Below, piece after piece: positions 30,389 to 41,102 of a stretch of DNA of 64,000 nt (the first letter of the stretch is position 1; the number at the start of each line of letters is the position of its first letter). The position numbers were made by a program, and so were the translations under genes. Source of the stretch: an uncultured bacterium. Its GTDB lineage: Bacteria > Krumholzibacteriota > Krumholzibacteriia > LZORAL124-64-63. The notes below the pieces were generated by a model that was given only the letters and a program-made list of their open reading frames with translations, did not search any database and was not told the DNA's origin. The stretch spans positions 1 through 64,000 of the forward strand of contig CAVSZB010000007.1 in NCBI GenBank assembly GCA_963732385.1, given 5' to 3'.

Positions 30389-30420
30389 GGGAGGCCCCCT
30401 TGGGGGCCTCCCTTGTTTTT
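30389..30420 (+). terminator. Rho-independent terminator
   Basis: GGGAGGCCCC-cttg-GGGGCCTCCC-TTGTTTTT. Confidence 0.85.
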
Positions 30421-30597
30421 GTGGCGGGGCGGTGACGGTTGTGTCTGAGCGCGTCAGCCGGGGGCGACGGCCGCGGGGCGCGCAGGTCGGCGGCGTGGGG
30501 CGCCGGCGGTTCGTGCGCGCGTCAACGGCGGGCGGCGCGGCGCTTGCTGACCTCGTCCCGCCCGTCAACGGGCGGAAGGGGCGGGGAGGCTGGAGTG

Positions 30598-32196
30598 GTG
30601 ACGCGCATTCGCAGCGGCGCGGTCGAAGGCATCGACGGCTACGGCGTCACGGTCGAAGTGGATGCCGGGCGGGGCCTGCCGGCCTTCCACATCGTCGGTC
30701 TGCCCAATGCGGCGGTTCGCGAGAGTCGCGAGCGGGTGTTGGCGGCGCTGCGCAACAGCGGCCTGCCGCTGCCTCCCGGGCGCGTCACCGTCAATCTGGC
30801 CCCCGCTGATGTGCGGAAGGAGGGGGCCGCCTTCGATCTGGCGATCGCGGTCGGCGTCACCGAAGCGTGCGAGGATCGCGGCGCCCACGCCGGCGCTCAC
30901 GGTGACGCGGTGCTGTTGGGGGAACTGTCCCTCGACGGCGCGTTACGACCCGTGCGTGGCCTGCTGGCGATCGTGCTGGCCGCGGCCGCGCGTGGCGATC
31001 GCCGTTTCGTGGTGCCGGCGACGCAGGCGTGGGAGGCGCGCCTGGTGAACGGGGTGGAAGTTCTTGGTGCGACGACGCTGGCGGAGGTGCTGAACTGGCG
31101 ACGGCGCGGCACTGTGCCGGCCGGGGTCGCGGCGCGACCGCCCGCCGTGGTGGGCTCCGGGGGAGGGGATGAGGCGGCGTTCTGGCTCGGCCTTGCCGGT
31201 CAGCCCGAGGCGCAGCGGGCGGCGTTGATCGCCGCAGCCGGCCGGCACAATCTCCTGCTGGTGGGGCCGCCCGGAACCGGCAAGACCCGACTCGCCCGCG
31301 CCATTCGGGGGTTGTTGCCGCCGTTGGCGACCGCGGAGGCGCTCGAGGTCGCCCGCATCCACGGTGCGGCCGGCACGTTGCGCGGTGCCGCCCTTTCGCG
31401 GCGACGCCCGCTGCGTGCGCCGCACCACACCATCACGCGCGCGGGTCTGCTCGGCGGCGGATCCCCGCTGCGCCCCGGCGAGGCGACGCTCGCCCACCGG
31501 GGGATGCTGTTCCTCGACGAACTGTCGGAGTTCGCGCCGGCGGTGCTCGACGCCCTGCGCGAACCGCTCGAAGAGGGGCGCGTGGCGGTGGCACGGGGCA
31601 GTGGTGCGCGCAGTTTCCCGGCCGCGTTTCTCCTGGTCGCCGCGATGAACCCGTGTCGCTGCGGCTACCTGGGCAGTCTTCGGCGTCCCTGCCGGTGCGC
31701 GCCGTCGGCCGTGGCGCGCCATCGCGCGCGCATCTCGGGGCCGTTGCTGGATCGCGTGGACCTGTTCGTGGAAATGACCGAACCGCCGGCGGGACTGTTG
31801 TCCGGCTCGCCCGGGACGGTGGCGGAGGAGGGCGCGGCGACCGACGCGAACCTGGCGCGCTGGCGGGCGCTGCGAGGGCAGGTGCGGGAAGCCTGGTCGC
31901 GGCTGGGCGCGCAGTTGCCGCCTGGCTGTGAGCGGCGTCTGGATCCGCGGGGATTCGCCGTGGCGGCCGGCCTCGACCGCGAGGCGCGCGATTGTCTGGA
32001 GGAGGCGCGTCTGAACCTGTCGCTCTCCGTGCGTGGCGCCCTGCGCTGCGCACGGGTGGCGCGGACGATCGCGGTCCTGCGCGGCGCCACGAGCACCGGA
32101 CGGGAGGAGGTGGCGGAAGCCCTGGGCTACCGTCTGGAGTCGCTCGCCGGCTGGGCGCCAGGCGAAGAAGCGGATGCGGGAATTGCCCTGGGGTAG
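30598..32196 (+). CDS. comM: YifB/ComM Mg-chelatase-like AAA+ ATPase
   Basis: IVGLPNAAVRESRERV, VNLAPADVRKEG, GPPGTGKT, RAPHH, LFLDE, AAMNPCRCG, ISGPLLDR. Confidence 0.92.
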   Translation: MTRIRSGAVEGIDGYGVTVEVDAGRGLPAFHIVGLPNAAVRESRERVLAALRNSGLPLPPGRVTVNLAPADVRKEGAAFDLAIAVGVTEACEDRGAHAGAHGDAVLLGELSLDGALRPVRGLLAIVLAAAARGDRRFVVPATQAWEARLVNGVEVLGATTLAEVLNWRRRGTVPAGVAARPPAVVGSGGGDEAAFWLGLAGQPEAQRAALIAAAGRHNLLLVGPPGTGKTRLARAIRGLLPPLATAEALEVARIHGAAGTLRGAALSRRRPLRAPHHTITRAGLLGGGSPLRPGEATLAHRGMLFLDELSEFAPAVLDALREPLEEGRVAVARGSGARSFPAAFLLVAAMNPCRCGYLGSLRRPCRCAPSAVARHRARISGPLLDRVDLFVEMTEPPAGLLSGSPGTVAEEGAATDANLARWRALRGQVREAWSRLGAQLPPGCERRLDPRGFAVAAGLDREARDCLEEARLNLSLSVRGALRCARVARTIAVLRGATSTGREEVAEALGYRLESLAGWAPGEEADAGIALG

Positions 32197-32198
32197 CG

Positions 32199-33110
32199 CT
32201 AGAAGGTGGCGGTGAAGCCGATGCCCCAGCTCAACACGCCGATATCATGCGCTTCGAACTCCGTCACCGTGCTCATGTCTCCACTGACAGGCAACTGTAA
32301 GATCGGGATGAGGGTCGTGCCCTCGTCCTGTTCCATCCAGGTTTCGGCCGGATCGAAACGAATCCGTGAGTGGTTGTAAAGCGCCTCGACCCGGATGCTG
32401 ATCAGGTCGTCGGCGACAAACCGGAACCCGGCGCCTCCCGCGAGCGTCCAGGCGGAGGTGGATCCCTGCGTATAGTTCGAGTTGAGGCTGTAATAGGAGC
32501 GCCCGATCCCGCCGATCAGGAAGGGATGCAGGCGTCCGCTGGCGTCGCCCGTGATGTCGAACGGGTAGATGATGCCGTTTAGCCCCGAGTTCATCGTGAT
32601 GCAGGAGCGCTGCTCGGCGTCGAATTCGCCGAGCGCGACCCCATAGATCCGCTCGTTGTTCGCCGGGTCCGTGGAGATGGAGACGGTGTTGACGATGTTC
32701 GCCTTGTACTCCGAGACGGAAATTCCCCAGACCCCTTCGATAGTGAGCCATTTCCTGAAGCCATAGCCGAGGCGCAGAACCGGGTTGAAGGCGGAATCGC
32801 CCTGCAGGACAATGTCGCCGAAGTATAGATTTTCGGTCGAGATGCGATAGATGATGGGGTTGGTAGACGAAAGCAAAGGGGTGCCCAGGTTGAGGTAGCC
32901 GATGCTGAAGGTCGCTTCGAGCCTGCCCTGCCGGAGGCCCGGCGTCCAGGATGGCTTTGCGGCCTCCCGGGCCTTCGCCCGCGCGGTCGTGTCTGCCGCG
33001 GAGGTATGCTTCAGGTTGAAGGTCTTTTCGGGCGCTGGTGTCTGGGCAATGGCAACGCCACAGGTCAACACCAGCACCGTAAGCGCGGCAAGCAAGCTTC
33101 GCTGCGACAT
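32199..33110 (-). CDS. Outer-membrane beta-barrel protein (OmpA/OmpW-like membrane domain)
   Basis: Signal peptide, HPFLIGGIG, GGAGFRF, IRVE, C-terminal WGIGFTATF. Confidence 0.75.
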   Translation of the reverse strand: MSQRSLLAALTVLVLTCGVAIAQTPAPEKTFNLKHTSAADTTARAKAREAAKPSWTPGLRQGRLEATFSIGYLNLGTPLLSSTNPIIYRISTENLYFGDIVLQGDSAFNPVLRLGYGFRKWLTIEGVWGISVSEYKANIVNTVSISTDPANNERIYGVALGEFDAEQRSCITMNSGLNGIIYPFDITGDASGRLHPFLIGGIGRSYYSLNSNYTQGSTSAWTLAGGAGFRFVADDLISIRVEALYNHSRIRFDPAETWMEQDEGTTLIPILQLPVSGDMSTVTEFEAHDIGVLSWGIGFTATF

Positions 33111-33363
33111 TGATCGGCTCCCGTCAGGCTCTGTCGCGTTCCCCGGCTTGGCCCCGCAAAGCGCTCGGGCGCGCCCGTCGGCGCGGCGCAGGAACAGTGG
33201 GGATGAACGAAACACGGCCCTCCCGTGGGGAATAGGCGGGCCAACTCTGTACAATGTCAGGTGCTGGCGTGCCGGTGTCAACTGCAAAGCTGATCGGTTG
33301 CCCCACCGTGTGCATCGGCCGTATATTCGCTCGAGTCGCATCCCTGACACGGAAAGGCCGCTC

Positions 33364-36187
33364 ATGAGCATCGACCCGCCCGCGTCGCGCGCACGCCGCT
33401 TCCACCGCCACGGCAGGAATAGTGAAAATTGCGGTGGCTGGCGCGGTGGCGCCTGGCTTCTGCCGCTGCTGTTGGGTGTGATGGCCCCGGCGGCCGGCGG
33501 TGCGATTCCCCTCAACTTCCCTGGCCAGGTCACCGTGCCGGTTTCGGCGCCCACCTCTACGGTGGTGGTGCTGGACATCAACGGCGATGGAATCCTCGAT
33601 CTGATCGTCGGTCTGGAGGATGGTCGCATCTCCGTGCTGCGCGGCTTGGGTTCGGGGCACTTCGTGGAGTCGTGGGGCTATGCGAGTCTTGGGGGCGGCC
33701 GCGTAGTCGATCTGCTGCTTGCCGCGCTGCACCCCGGGGACCCGCTCTCTCTGGTCGCCACCACGGTCAATCCCGACCAGCTCGCCATCTACGACTTCGT
33801 CGACGGAACGGTGTCTTTGAGCCTGCGGGTGTTGCTGCCGCTGCCGGAGGATCCCGCGGGGCTCGCGTCGGGTCTCGTGGCGCCGGACGGTTCGCTCCGT
33901 CTGGTGGTGACGTTGCCGGGCGTGGACCGCTGGCTGATCGCGGGCGAACAGGAGGGGGCCTGGCAGGTGCTGCAGGAGATCGACACCGGGGACCGTCCGG
34001 TCGACGCGGTGGTCATCGATCTGGAGGGCGACGGCCAGCCGGAAGTCGTCACGGCCGACAACGGCGTGCTCTCGCGCGGTCTTTCCATTCATCGCGCCGG
34101 CCTCGACGGTCGTTACAGTGTGGCCGCGCAGCTGGCCACGCCGGGCGCTCCGTCGGCCCTGTTCGCGTTCGACGCGCAGGGCGATGCGCGGCCCGAGCTT
34201 TTCGTGACCTATGCCGATTCTGCGCGGGTGACCTGCTATGCGGCGGAGGGGGCCGTGTTGGTGCCGGTAGTGAATCTGCCGGCGCCGTTGCCGGCGAGCG
34301 GTCTTCACGTGGCGCGATTCGACGGTGGAGAACTGGGCCTGTGGACCTGGAGCGGCACGCGGGGGGTCGCCAACTACTTCCGCAACGCCGGTACGGGGTG
34401 GGTCTTCGCGGAAACCTATTTTGCCGGCGGGCAGGCGGTCGACGGCCGGCTTACCGACCTGAACGGGGATTCCTACCCCGATCTCCTGATCGCCAACGGC
34501 TCGTCCGGGAACCTGGGGCTGCTTTTCGGCAACAACGTGCACCGTTTCCGCGCCTATCTCGCCACGCCGCTCCCGTCGCGACCGGCCGACGGTCGTCTGT
34601 ACGACGAAGATGGCGACGGACGTCTGGACTACGCGGTGACCTGCCAGGGGAGCCGTTCGGTGGAGGTCCTGCACGGTGACGGGCGGGGCCATCTGCTCCG
34701 CGATGTTCCCCCCGTAACGCTCGGTCAGGCTCCCGCGGGGCTGGCCGTGCTGCACGCCGACGCGGATCTTCGGCCTGACCTCGCGGTCACCTTGTTCGCC
34801 ATCGACCAGGCGGTGGTGTTGCGACGCCTGCCCGATGGCGGCTACCTCGAGACCGCGCGCTTCGCGACCGGAGATTTCCCGTTCCGGGTCGTGGCCGGCG
34901 ACCTCGACGGTGACGGCGCGGACGACCTGGTCGTCGCCAACCTGCTGTCGTGGAACTTCACTGTCGCCTGGGGAGCGGGCGACGGCACTTTTCCCGCCAC
35001 GGGCACCCTGTCGCCCCTGAGCATGATCGAGGATGTGGCGCTGGCCGATCTGAACGGGGACGGACTGCCTGATATCGTCGCCGTCAATGGTCAGTCGGCG
35101 CTTTTCACCATGCTCAATATTGGTGGGCGCGCTTTCGACCCCGCCACGGTTCTATTCGCTGCCGGACCAGCCAGCCACGCTCGCCACCGGCGATCTTGAC
35201 GGTGACGGTGATGCGGACGTGGTCGTCGGGCTGCGGACAGGGGCGGCGGTCACGATCCTCGAGAACCACGGCAACGGCTTTCTCTCCACACGCGTGGCCG
35301 CGTGGCCGCTCGGCGGACGGCCGGGTGCTCTGGCGGTGGCCGACCTGGACCTCGACGGACTGCGGGACATCGTGGTAGCGCTGCCGGGACTGCAGGAAAT
35401 CGGGCTGCTGGTCAATAAGGGTGGCTGGGTCTGGTTCGAGCCCCTCAAGTGGGTCTCGGCGCTGACGCCGGCGGCGTTTGGCGTCGGTGATCTGAACGAC
35501 GATGGCATCCCGGACATCGTGCAGCTGGATCTCACGCTGGAATTGGCCGTCATCATGCTGAACGTCGAGCCCAATCCGGTGCCGGTGACCCCGGTTCCGC
35601 TGACGATCGCCTGCGCCGGAGAGCTCCTGGAGATCCGTGCCTGTCCCCCCGGGGGGGAGGGGTGGACAGTCGAGGCGGTCGGCGTTACCGGTCCGGTCGA
35701 TCTGGCGGTGGACGGCGTGGCCCGTTACGGAGAACTCATGCGCCTGGGCGACGGGTGGCTGCTCCGCCTGACCGCGGCGGACTGGGCCGCGGCCGGCCTG
35801 GCGGCCGGCTCGCCGGTGGAAGTGCGCCTGAGGGATCGCGGTCCGGGCGCCGCCGTGATCGCGGTTACCGTGCCCGCCGGCTGTCCGGCCGCCGCCGGGA
35901 CGGGGGAGGTGGCGGATCTGGTCCTTCTGGAGGCCCGCCCCAATCCGTTCAATCCGAGTGTGGAAGCGCGTTTCCGTCTGCCGCGCGCGGGGCTGGTCCG
36001 GGGGACGATCCACGACGCGGCCGGGCGACTGGTGGCGGATCTCGGGGAACGCTGGCTGGTGGCGGGAGAGCATACGTTGCGCTGGGATGGTCGGGGCGCG
36101 GACGGCCCGGCGGGGGCCGGTCTCTACCTGCTCACGGTTGCCGCCGAGGGTCGCGCCGTCAGCCGGAAGATGACATTGCTCAAGTGA
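33364..36187 (+). CDS. Secreted FG-GAP/VCBS repeat protein with C-terminal FlgD-Ig/T9SS-CTD-like domain; one frameshift near 35140
   Basis: Many DxNGDGxxDL repeats in two consecutive ORFs; tail PNPFNP...IHDAAGRLV...WDG...GLYLL...KMTLLK. Confidence 0.85.
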
Positions 36188-36199
36188 GCGCCCGCCCGC

Positions 36200-37237
36200 T
36201 CAGCAGCCGGAAGCGGGTGGGCCGGGCGCGACCACGTCCGGATCGTCCGGCGTCGGGGCGACGAATCCGTTGGCGCCGAGAGTGCGGACCTCCTCCGCCA
36301 GCGTCACACCGAAACGCGCCCGCACCGCCTCGCGCATCCGTTCCACGAGGGTCCGCACCTGCGCGGCGGTGGCGTCGCCCCGGTTGATGATGATGTTGGC
36401 GTGTCCCGGGAAGACCACCGCGTCCCCCTCGTGCATTGTCTTTGCCCCGACCGCGTCGAGCAGTTCGCCGGCGGCCCGTCGGTGGCCGCCCGGTGTGGCC
36501 GGCGGCAGGTTCTTGAACCAGCTGCCGGCGCACGGTTCGCCGGTGGGGTGCTTGCGGTGGCGCTGCGCCAGCCGTTCAAGGCGTTCGCGTCCGGCGGCCG
36601 CCGGGTCGCCGCGGTCGAGGCGCAGCCGTACGGTCAGCACGACGCCGCCGTCGCCCTGCAGGGCCGATTGCCGGTAACCGAAGGCGAAGCGCTCCGGGCC
36701 GACCGTTTCCAGTCGGCCGTCCGCGTTGAGCACGGAGGCCTCGACGAGGAATTCGCCGATCTCGTGGCCGAAGCAGCCGGCGTTGCCGACGATTGCTCCG
36801 CCGACCGTGCCGGGAATGCCCGACGCGAATTCCAGTCCGGTGAGGCCGGCGTCCAGGGCGCGCGCCACGAGCGTGTCGAAAGGGAGCCCGGCGCCGACCG
36901 TCACGGTGTCGCCGCTTGCCGTGAAGTCGCCGGCATCGAGGCGCAGCACGCAGCCGCGGAAGCCGTCATCGATGGCCAGCACGTTGCTGCCGCAGCCGAG
37001 CGCGATGGTTGGCAAATCGTGTCCGGCGGCGAATTCCAGGAACCGGCGCGCGTCGTCGGGTGTTCGGACGCGGCACACGGCGGCGGCCGGGCCGCCGATG
37101 CGCAGGGTGGTCAGATCGCGCAGCAGCATCCCCGTGACGACATCCGCGGGGTGCGCGGCGACGAGCCGGCGCAGAGCCAGGTCTGCCGGGTCACGGGGCG
37201 CCGGCGGCGGGGTTGGAAAGGTTGGGAAGGGCGGCAT
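36200..37237 (-). CDS. murB: UDP-N-acetylenolpyruvoylglucosamine reductase
   Basis: TTLRIGGPA, GCGSNVL, GLEFASGIPGTVGGA..GNAG, AGSWFKN, HANIIIN, LAEEV. Confidence 0.93.
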   Translation of the reverse strand: MPPFPTFPTPPPAPRDPADLALRRLVAAHPADVVTGMLLRDLTTLRIGGPAAAVCRVRTPDDARRFLEFAAGHDLPTIALGCGSNVLAIDDGFRGCVLRLDAGDFTASGDTVTVGAGLPFDTLVARALDAGLTGLEFASGIPGTVGGAIVGNAGCFGHEIGEFLVEASVLNADGRLETVGPERFAFGYRQSALQGDGGVVLTVRLRLDRGDPAAAGRERLERLAQRHRKHPTGEPCAGSWFKNLPPATPGGHRRAAGELLDAVGAKTMHEGDAVVFPGHANIIINRGDATAAQVRTLVERMREAVRARFGVTLAEEVRTLGANGFVAPTPDDPDVVAPGPPASGC

Positions 37238-37369
37238 GCGTCCAGCATCGTGCCGCGGCGGCGCTCCGTCAAGGGACCGCGCATTGCCGCCGGTCCGGCT
37301 CCGGGCTAGATTCCCGGGGGAGGCGCGGCGGCGGGGCGCGCCGGCGCGAGGTGGTGGCCGGGACGGCCC

Positions 37370-38593
37370 ATGACGGGAGCGATCGTGGATCGACGCGCGA
37401 GCACGGATCTGAGGGCGCTGGGGCTCTCCCTTCTCGCGCATGGGCTGTTCCTGCTGCTCACCTGGCGGGTCGATTTCTTCCCGCCGCCGCGCGACGCGCG
37501 CGCCGCCGAAGCGGAGACGAGTGTCGAGCTGATTCTGGAGCCGGCGGTGCCGCCCGCGGCGGAGATCGTGGCGTTGCCGGTCGCGGCGGCGGAGCGTCCC
37601 CGGGCCTACCTCGATGTGCCGGAGCGTCTGCGCTCGCCCGAACCGCCGTCGCGCGCCGACTTTCTCGCGCTGGTCAACAGTCGCGCCGCCGACGAGGTCG
37701 CCGATGGGCGACCGGAGGGGGAGCCGAGCGCTCCCGTCGAGACCGAGGCGCCGCAGGTGGCGATCAAGCGCGCCGATCCGGAGGCAGGCGCTCCCGGGAG
37801 CGTGGTGATGCCGCCGGCGCGGCCGGCACAGGAGGAGCTCGAGGCGAGATCCGCCGCCGCGCGCGAGCGGAAAATTCCGCCGCGGGGCGCCGAGACGCTG
37901 GCGGGCGGCGGCTGGCCGTTGCCGGCCGGCCGGCCGGAATCGCGCGCGGGCGTGGGGCAGGGGGGGGAGGAGCAGTCGCCGCGCGCCGGCGGCGTCGCGG
38001 GCGAGCCGGAGGGGCTGCTCGAACAGGCGAAGCAGGAGAAGACATGGCAGTGGGACCTCGGCGCGGTGGACCCGCTCGATTTCCTGTCGCGGTCCGAGAG
38101 CGCGCCGTCGGCGGCGCGGCCGGGACGCGATGCGGGCGACCGTCTGTTCGAGTTCGACCAGTTCGCCACCGGCAGCCGCGAGGGGAACGCGCTGCTGTTC
38201 GGACCGTACCGTCTCAACACCTACGAATGGAATTTCGCGCCGTGGATGCAGCGTTTCGGGCAGGATCTGCGCCGCAACTGGATCGCGCCGTACGCGTACC
38301 GGCTCGGCGTTATCAGCGGCGCGACGGAGATGCGCGTGGTGGTCGAGCGCGACGGTCGCCTCGGCCCGCTCGAGATGCGGCAGCGCGAAGGGCACGAATC
38401 CCTGCACTTTTCCAGCGAGGCCGCAGTGCGCGGCGCGGCGCCGTATGCCGCCCTGCCGCCCGACTTCCCGGAACCTCGCCTTGAGATCATCCTGACCCTC
38501 GTCTATCCTGACTGGCACGCTCTGCTGCGCGAGCGGCAGACGCCGGAACGGCCGCGGGAGCAGGAACCGTCCCCGCGTCGCGGCCGCCGCTAG
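37370..38593 (+). CDS. TonB/TolA C-terminal domain protein
   Basis: N-terminal TM SLLAH, Pro/Ala-rich linker, C-terminal RNW.P...VVERDG...AVRGAAPY..LPPDFP. Confidence 0.8.
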   Translation: MTGAIVDRRASTDLRALGLSLLAHGLFLLLTWRVDFFPPPRDARAAEAETSVELILEPAVPPAAEIVALPVAAAERPRAYLDVPERLRSPEPPSRADFLALVNSRAADEVADGRPEGEPSAPVETEAPQVAIKRADPEAGAPGSVVMPPARPAQEELEARSAAARERKIPPRGAETLAGGGWPLPAGRPESRAGVGQGGEEQSPRAGGVAGEPEGLLEQAKQEKTWQWDLGAVDPLDFLSRSESAPSAARPGRDAGDRLFEFDQFATGSREGNALLFGPYRLNTYEWNFAPWMQRFGQDLRRNWIAPYAYRLGVISGATEMRVVVERDGRLGPLEMRQREGHESLHFSSEAAVRGAAPYAALPPDFPEPRLEIILTLVYPDWHALLRERQTPERPREQEPSPRRGRR

Positions 38594-38622
38594 GGCGGAC
38601 GCGGCGGTCACCCGAACGCGAG

Positions 38623-39288
38623 GTGGTCCTGAAGATCATGTGGGAACTCATCCGCTCCGGCGGCCCGGTGATGATCCCGATCGGCATCAGTTCCCTTGTG
38701 GGGCTGGCTGTCCTGGTGGAACGCTTCGCGGCGCTGCGCCGCCGGCGCATCGTGCTGCCTGAAATCATCGAAGCCGTCGAGACCCTGGGCGCGGGGTCGG
38801 ACTTCACGGTGGCGCAGGCCATCCTCGACCGGAATCCGGGACCTTTCGCCAACGTGGTGCGCGCCGGTCTGGAGCACGGGGGGGCGGAGTGGCCGATCAT
38901 CCGCGACGCCATGCAGGAGGCGGGACGACAGGAGGCCGTGAAACTGTCGCGCAACCTGAACGTGCTCGAAACCGTGGCGGCCGTGGCGCCCCTGCTCGGC
39001 CTGCTCGGCACGGTGACCGGCATGATCCGCCTGTTCAACACCATTGGCACGCGGGGGATCGGGCAGGCGCAGTACCTGTCGGGCGGAATTTCCGAGGCGA
39101 TGATCACCACGGCGGCCGGCCTGATCATCGGCATCCCGGCGCTGGTTGCGCACAACTGGCTGCGTGGCCGGGCGGAGGGGATCATTTTCGATCTCGAGGT
39201 GTACGCGGCGAAGGTTCTCGACACCCTGCGCGCCCGCGGCCTGGCGCATTCGGCACCGGCGTCCGAGCGGATCGTGCGGACGGGGTAG
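38623..39288 (+). CDS. exbB: MotA/TolQ/ExbB proton channel
   Basis: GGPVMIP, APLLGLLGTVTGMI, GISEAMITTAAGL..GIPA. Confidence 0.9.
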   Translation: MVLKIMWELIRSGGPVMIPIGISSLVGLAVLVERFAALRRRRIVLPEIIEAVETLGAGSDFTVAQAILDRNPGPFANVVRAGLEHGGAEWPIIRDAMQEAGRQEAVKLSRNLNVLETVAAVAPLLGLLGTVTGMIRLFNTIGTRGIGQAQYLSGGISEAMITTAAGLIIGIPALVAHNWLRGRAEGIIFDLEVYAAKVLDTLRARGLAHSAPASERIVRTG

Positions 39289-39291
39289 GGC

Positions 39292-39714
39292 ATGCAATTC
39301 CAGACGCGGCGGGGAAGCAGTCAGGCGCTGATCAATATCACATCGCTGATCGATGTGATGTTCCTGCTTCTGATCTTTCTCGTGGTCAGTTCGACTTTCA
39401 AGGACCAGACGGCCGTCAACCTGACGTTGCCCCGCTCGGCGTCGTCCGACGCGGCGCCGGAAGGGCCGGCGGTCGTCGTGCTGACGGCCGCCGGGGAAAC
39501 CTGGCTGAACGACCGGCGGCTCCCGGAGACGGAGCTGCGGCAGGCGCTGCGCCAGTTGCAGGCCGCCACGGGGGAGGACCGGCTGGTCCTGCGGGCCGAC
39601 ACGCACAGCCAGCATGGCGACGTGGTGCGGTTGATAGACATGGTGCGTGAGAGCGGTTTCACCAAGGTCAGCCTCTCGGCGCGGCGCGGCGAGGGGACGG
39701 AGGAGCGCCCGTGA
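39292..39714 (+). CDS. exbD: ExbD/TolR protein
   Basis: INITSLIDVMFLLLIF, LRAD...HGDVV..ID. Confidence 0.9.
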   Translation: MQFQTRRGSSQALINITSLIDVMFLLLIFLVVSSTFKDQTAVNLTLPRSASSDAAPEGPAVVVLTAAGETWLNDRRLPETELRQALRQLQAATGEDRLVLRADTHSQHGDVVRLIDMVRESGFTKVSLSARRGEGTEERP

Positions 39715-41102
39715 GCACGTGTCCGGCCCGAAAGGCTTCCTTATCAGTGGCTACGAATGGCGATCGGCCGACCGGCTTTGGCCGCGTAGCCGCGCTCCTG
39801 CTCGCCGCCGGACTGGCGCTCGGCCTTGCGGGTGGCTGCACCGGCGATACCGCGGGTCCGCTGGGGTCCGATCTGCCGCAGGGGCCCGGTTTCGACACCC
39901 TGCTCGTGCCGCTGGCGATCGACAGTCTGGAGACCTGCCGCCATTTCGCCGTCGTCGATACGGTCCACCCCTTCCCCCGCCAGCAGGTGCTGTATGTCGG
40001 GAAGCAGGGGACCGAGCGGTCGTCGATTCTCGTGCGTTATGATTTTTCCGTGTTCCAGGGGGCCGGATGGGACACGGTCGACTTCACCCTCGACAACATC
40101 CGGAGCGTCAAGCTGCGCCTGCAGGGGCTGAAATACTACGTCTCCCTGCCGCTCCCCGACGGCGAGGTCGGAGCGCTGATGAAGCGGCTGGTCGTCAACG
40201 AGCTGGTCGATCCGCTCGATCCGTCGCTCTACCCGGGGCCCGAGCCGGCGGTCGGGGCGCAGCTCTGTTCCGTCGAGGAAGGGAGTGGTCAGGAGATCAT
40301 CCTGCCCCTGCCGCGGGCCACCTTCCTGGCCTGGGTCATGGCCGGCAGTCACACCGGACTCAGGATCTCCGAAGGGGATTCGGTCGGGTCGCAGGCGGGG
40401 ATCGTGGGCTATGCCAGCAAGGAACTGACGCTGCCGGCAACTCTGCTCGCGCCGCTCGATTCAGGTACGCTCGTCGGACCGAATCTCCTGATCGAGTTCT
40501 GGGAGCCGGCGCAGATCGCCAGGCTGAGCCCGATCGTCGACGTTTCGACATTTTCGGCCGTCGATCCCCTGCCCGACTCGTCCGTCGACGGTATGGTCGT
40601 GCGCAGCCACCTGCGCAGCAATCCGTTGCTCGGGTTCTCGCTCGACGGTCTGCCCGAGGGGGCGGTGGTCAACCGGGCGGTGCTCACGGTGACGCTCGAT
40701 TCCACCCGCAGCTACGGACCGGCGGAGGCGATCGTCTGCTGTGAGGCGCCTGTTTCGTCCTTCCCCCCCGACAGCGCATCGTATCTGCTGGATGATCTGC
40801 CGTCTTTGCTGAAGGCCGCGGCCGGCGTGGTGGGGATCGAGACCAGCCAGAAACGACGGGTCCGGTTCGACCTGACGTCGACCGTCCAGCGCTGGGCCAA
40901 CGGGGTCTACGGTGAACCGTTGTTGTTCGCGCTGCTGCCGGCGGAAAATTTCCTCTCTGCTTACAATTCGAACAGTTGGGCTCCCGACGTCTTCTGGCAG
41001 CGCTTCTGGTTCTATGGCACCGTCGCGGCTGATCCGACCGACCAGCCCCGGCTGCTGATCCACTACACGCCGCGGCCCGGCACGGCGGGGAGGCAACTGT
41101 GA
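39711..41102 (+). CDS. Hypothetical lipoprotein
   Basis: Lipobox LAGG-C, overlapping operon context. Confidence 0.65.
   Translation: MSTCPARKASLSVATNGDRPTGFGRVAALLLAAGLALGLAGGCTGDTAGPLGSDLPQGPGFDTLLVPLAIDSLETCRHFAVVDTVHPFPRQQVLYVGKQGTERSSILVRYDFSVFQGAGWDTVDFTLDNIRSVKLRLQGLKYYVSLPLPDGEVGALMKRLVVNELVDPLDPSLYPGPEPAVGAQLCSVEEGSGQEIILPLPRATFLAWVMAGSHTGLRISEGDSVGSQAGIVGYASKELTLPATLLAPLDSGTLVGPNLLIEFWEPAQIARLSPIVDVSTFSAVDPLPDSSVDGMVVRSHLRSNPLLGFSLDGLPEGAVVNRAVLTVTLDSTRSYGPAEAIVCCEAPVSSFPPDSASYLLDDLPSLLKAAAGVVGIETSQKRRVRFDLTSTVQRWANGVYGEPLLFALLPAENFLSAYNSNSWAPDVFWQRFWFYGTVAADPTDQPRLLIHYTPRPGTAGRQL

Noticed and set aside
35139..35199. Programmed frameshift or phase variation in the FG-GAP gene
   Set aside because: Only a C4 run with no slippery heptamer; a single sequencing indel is simpler
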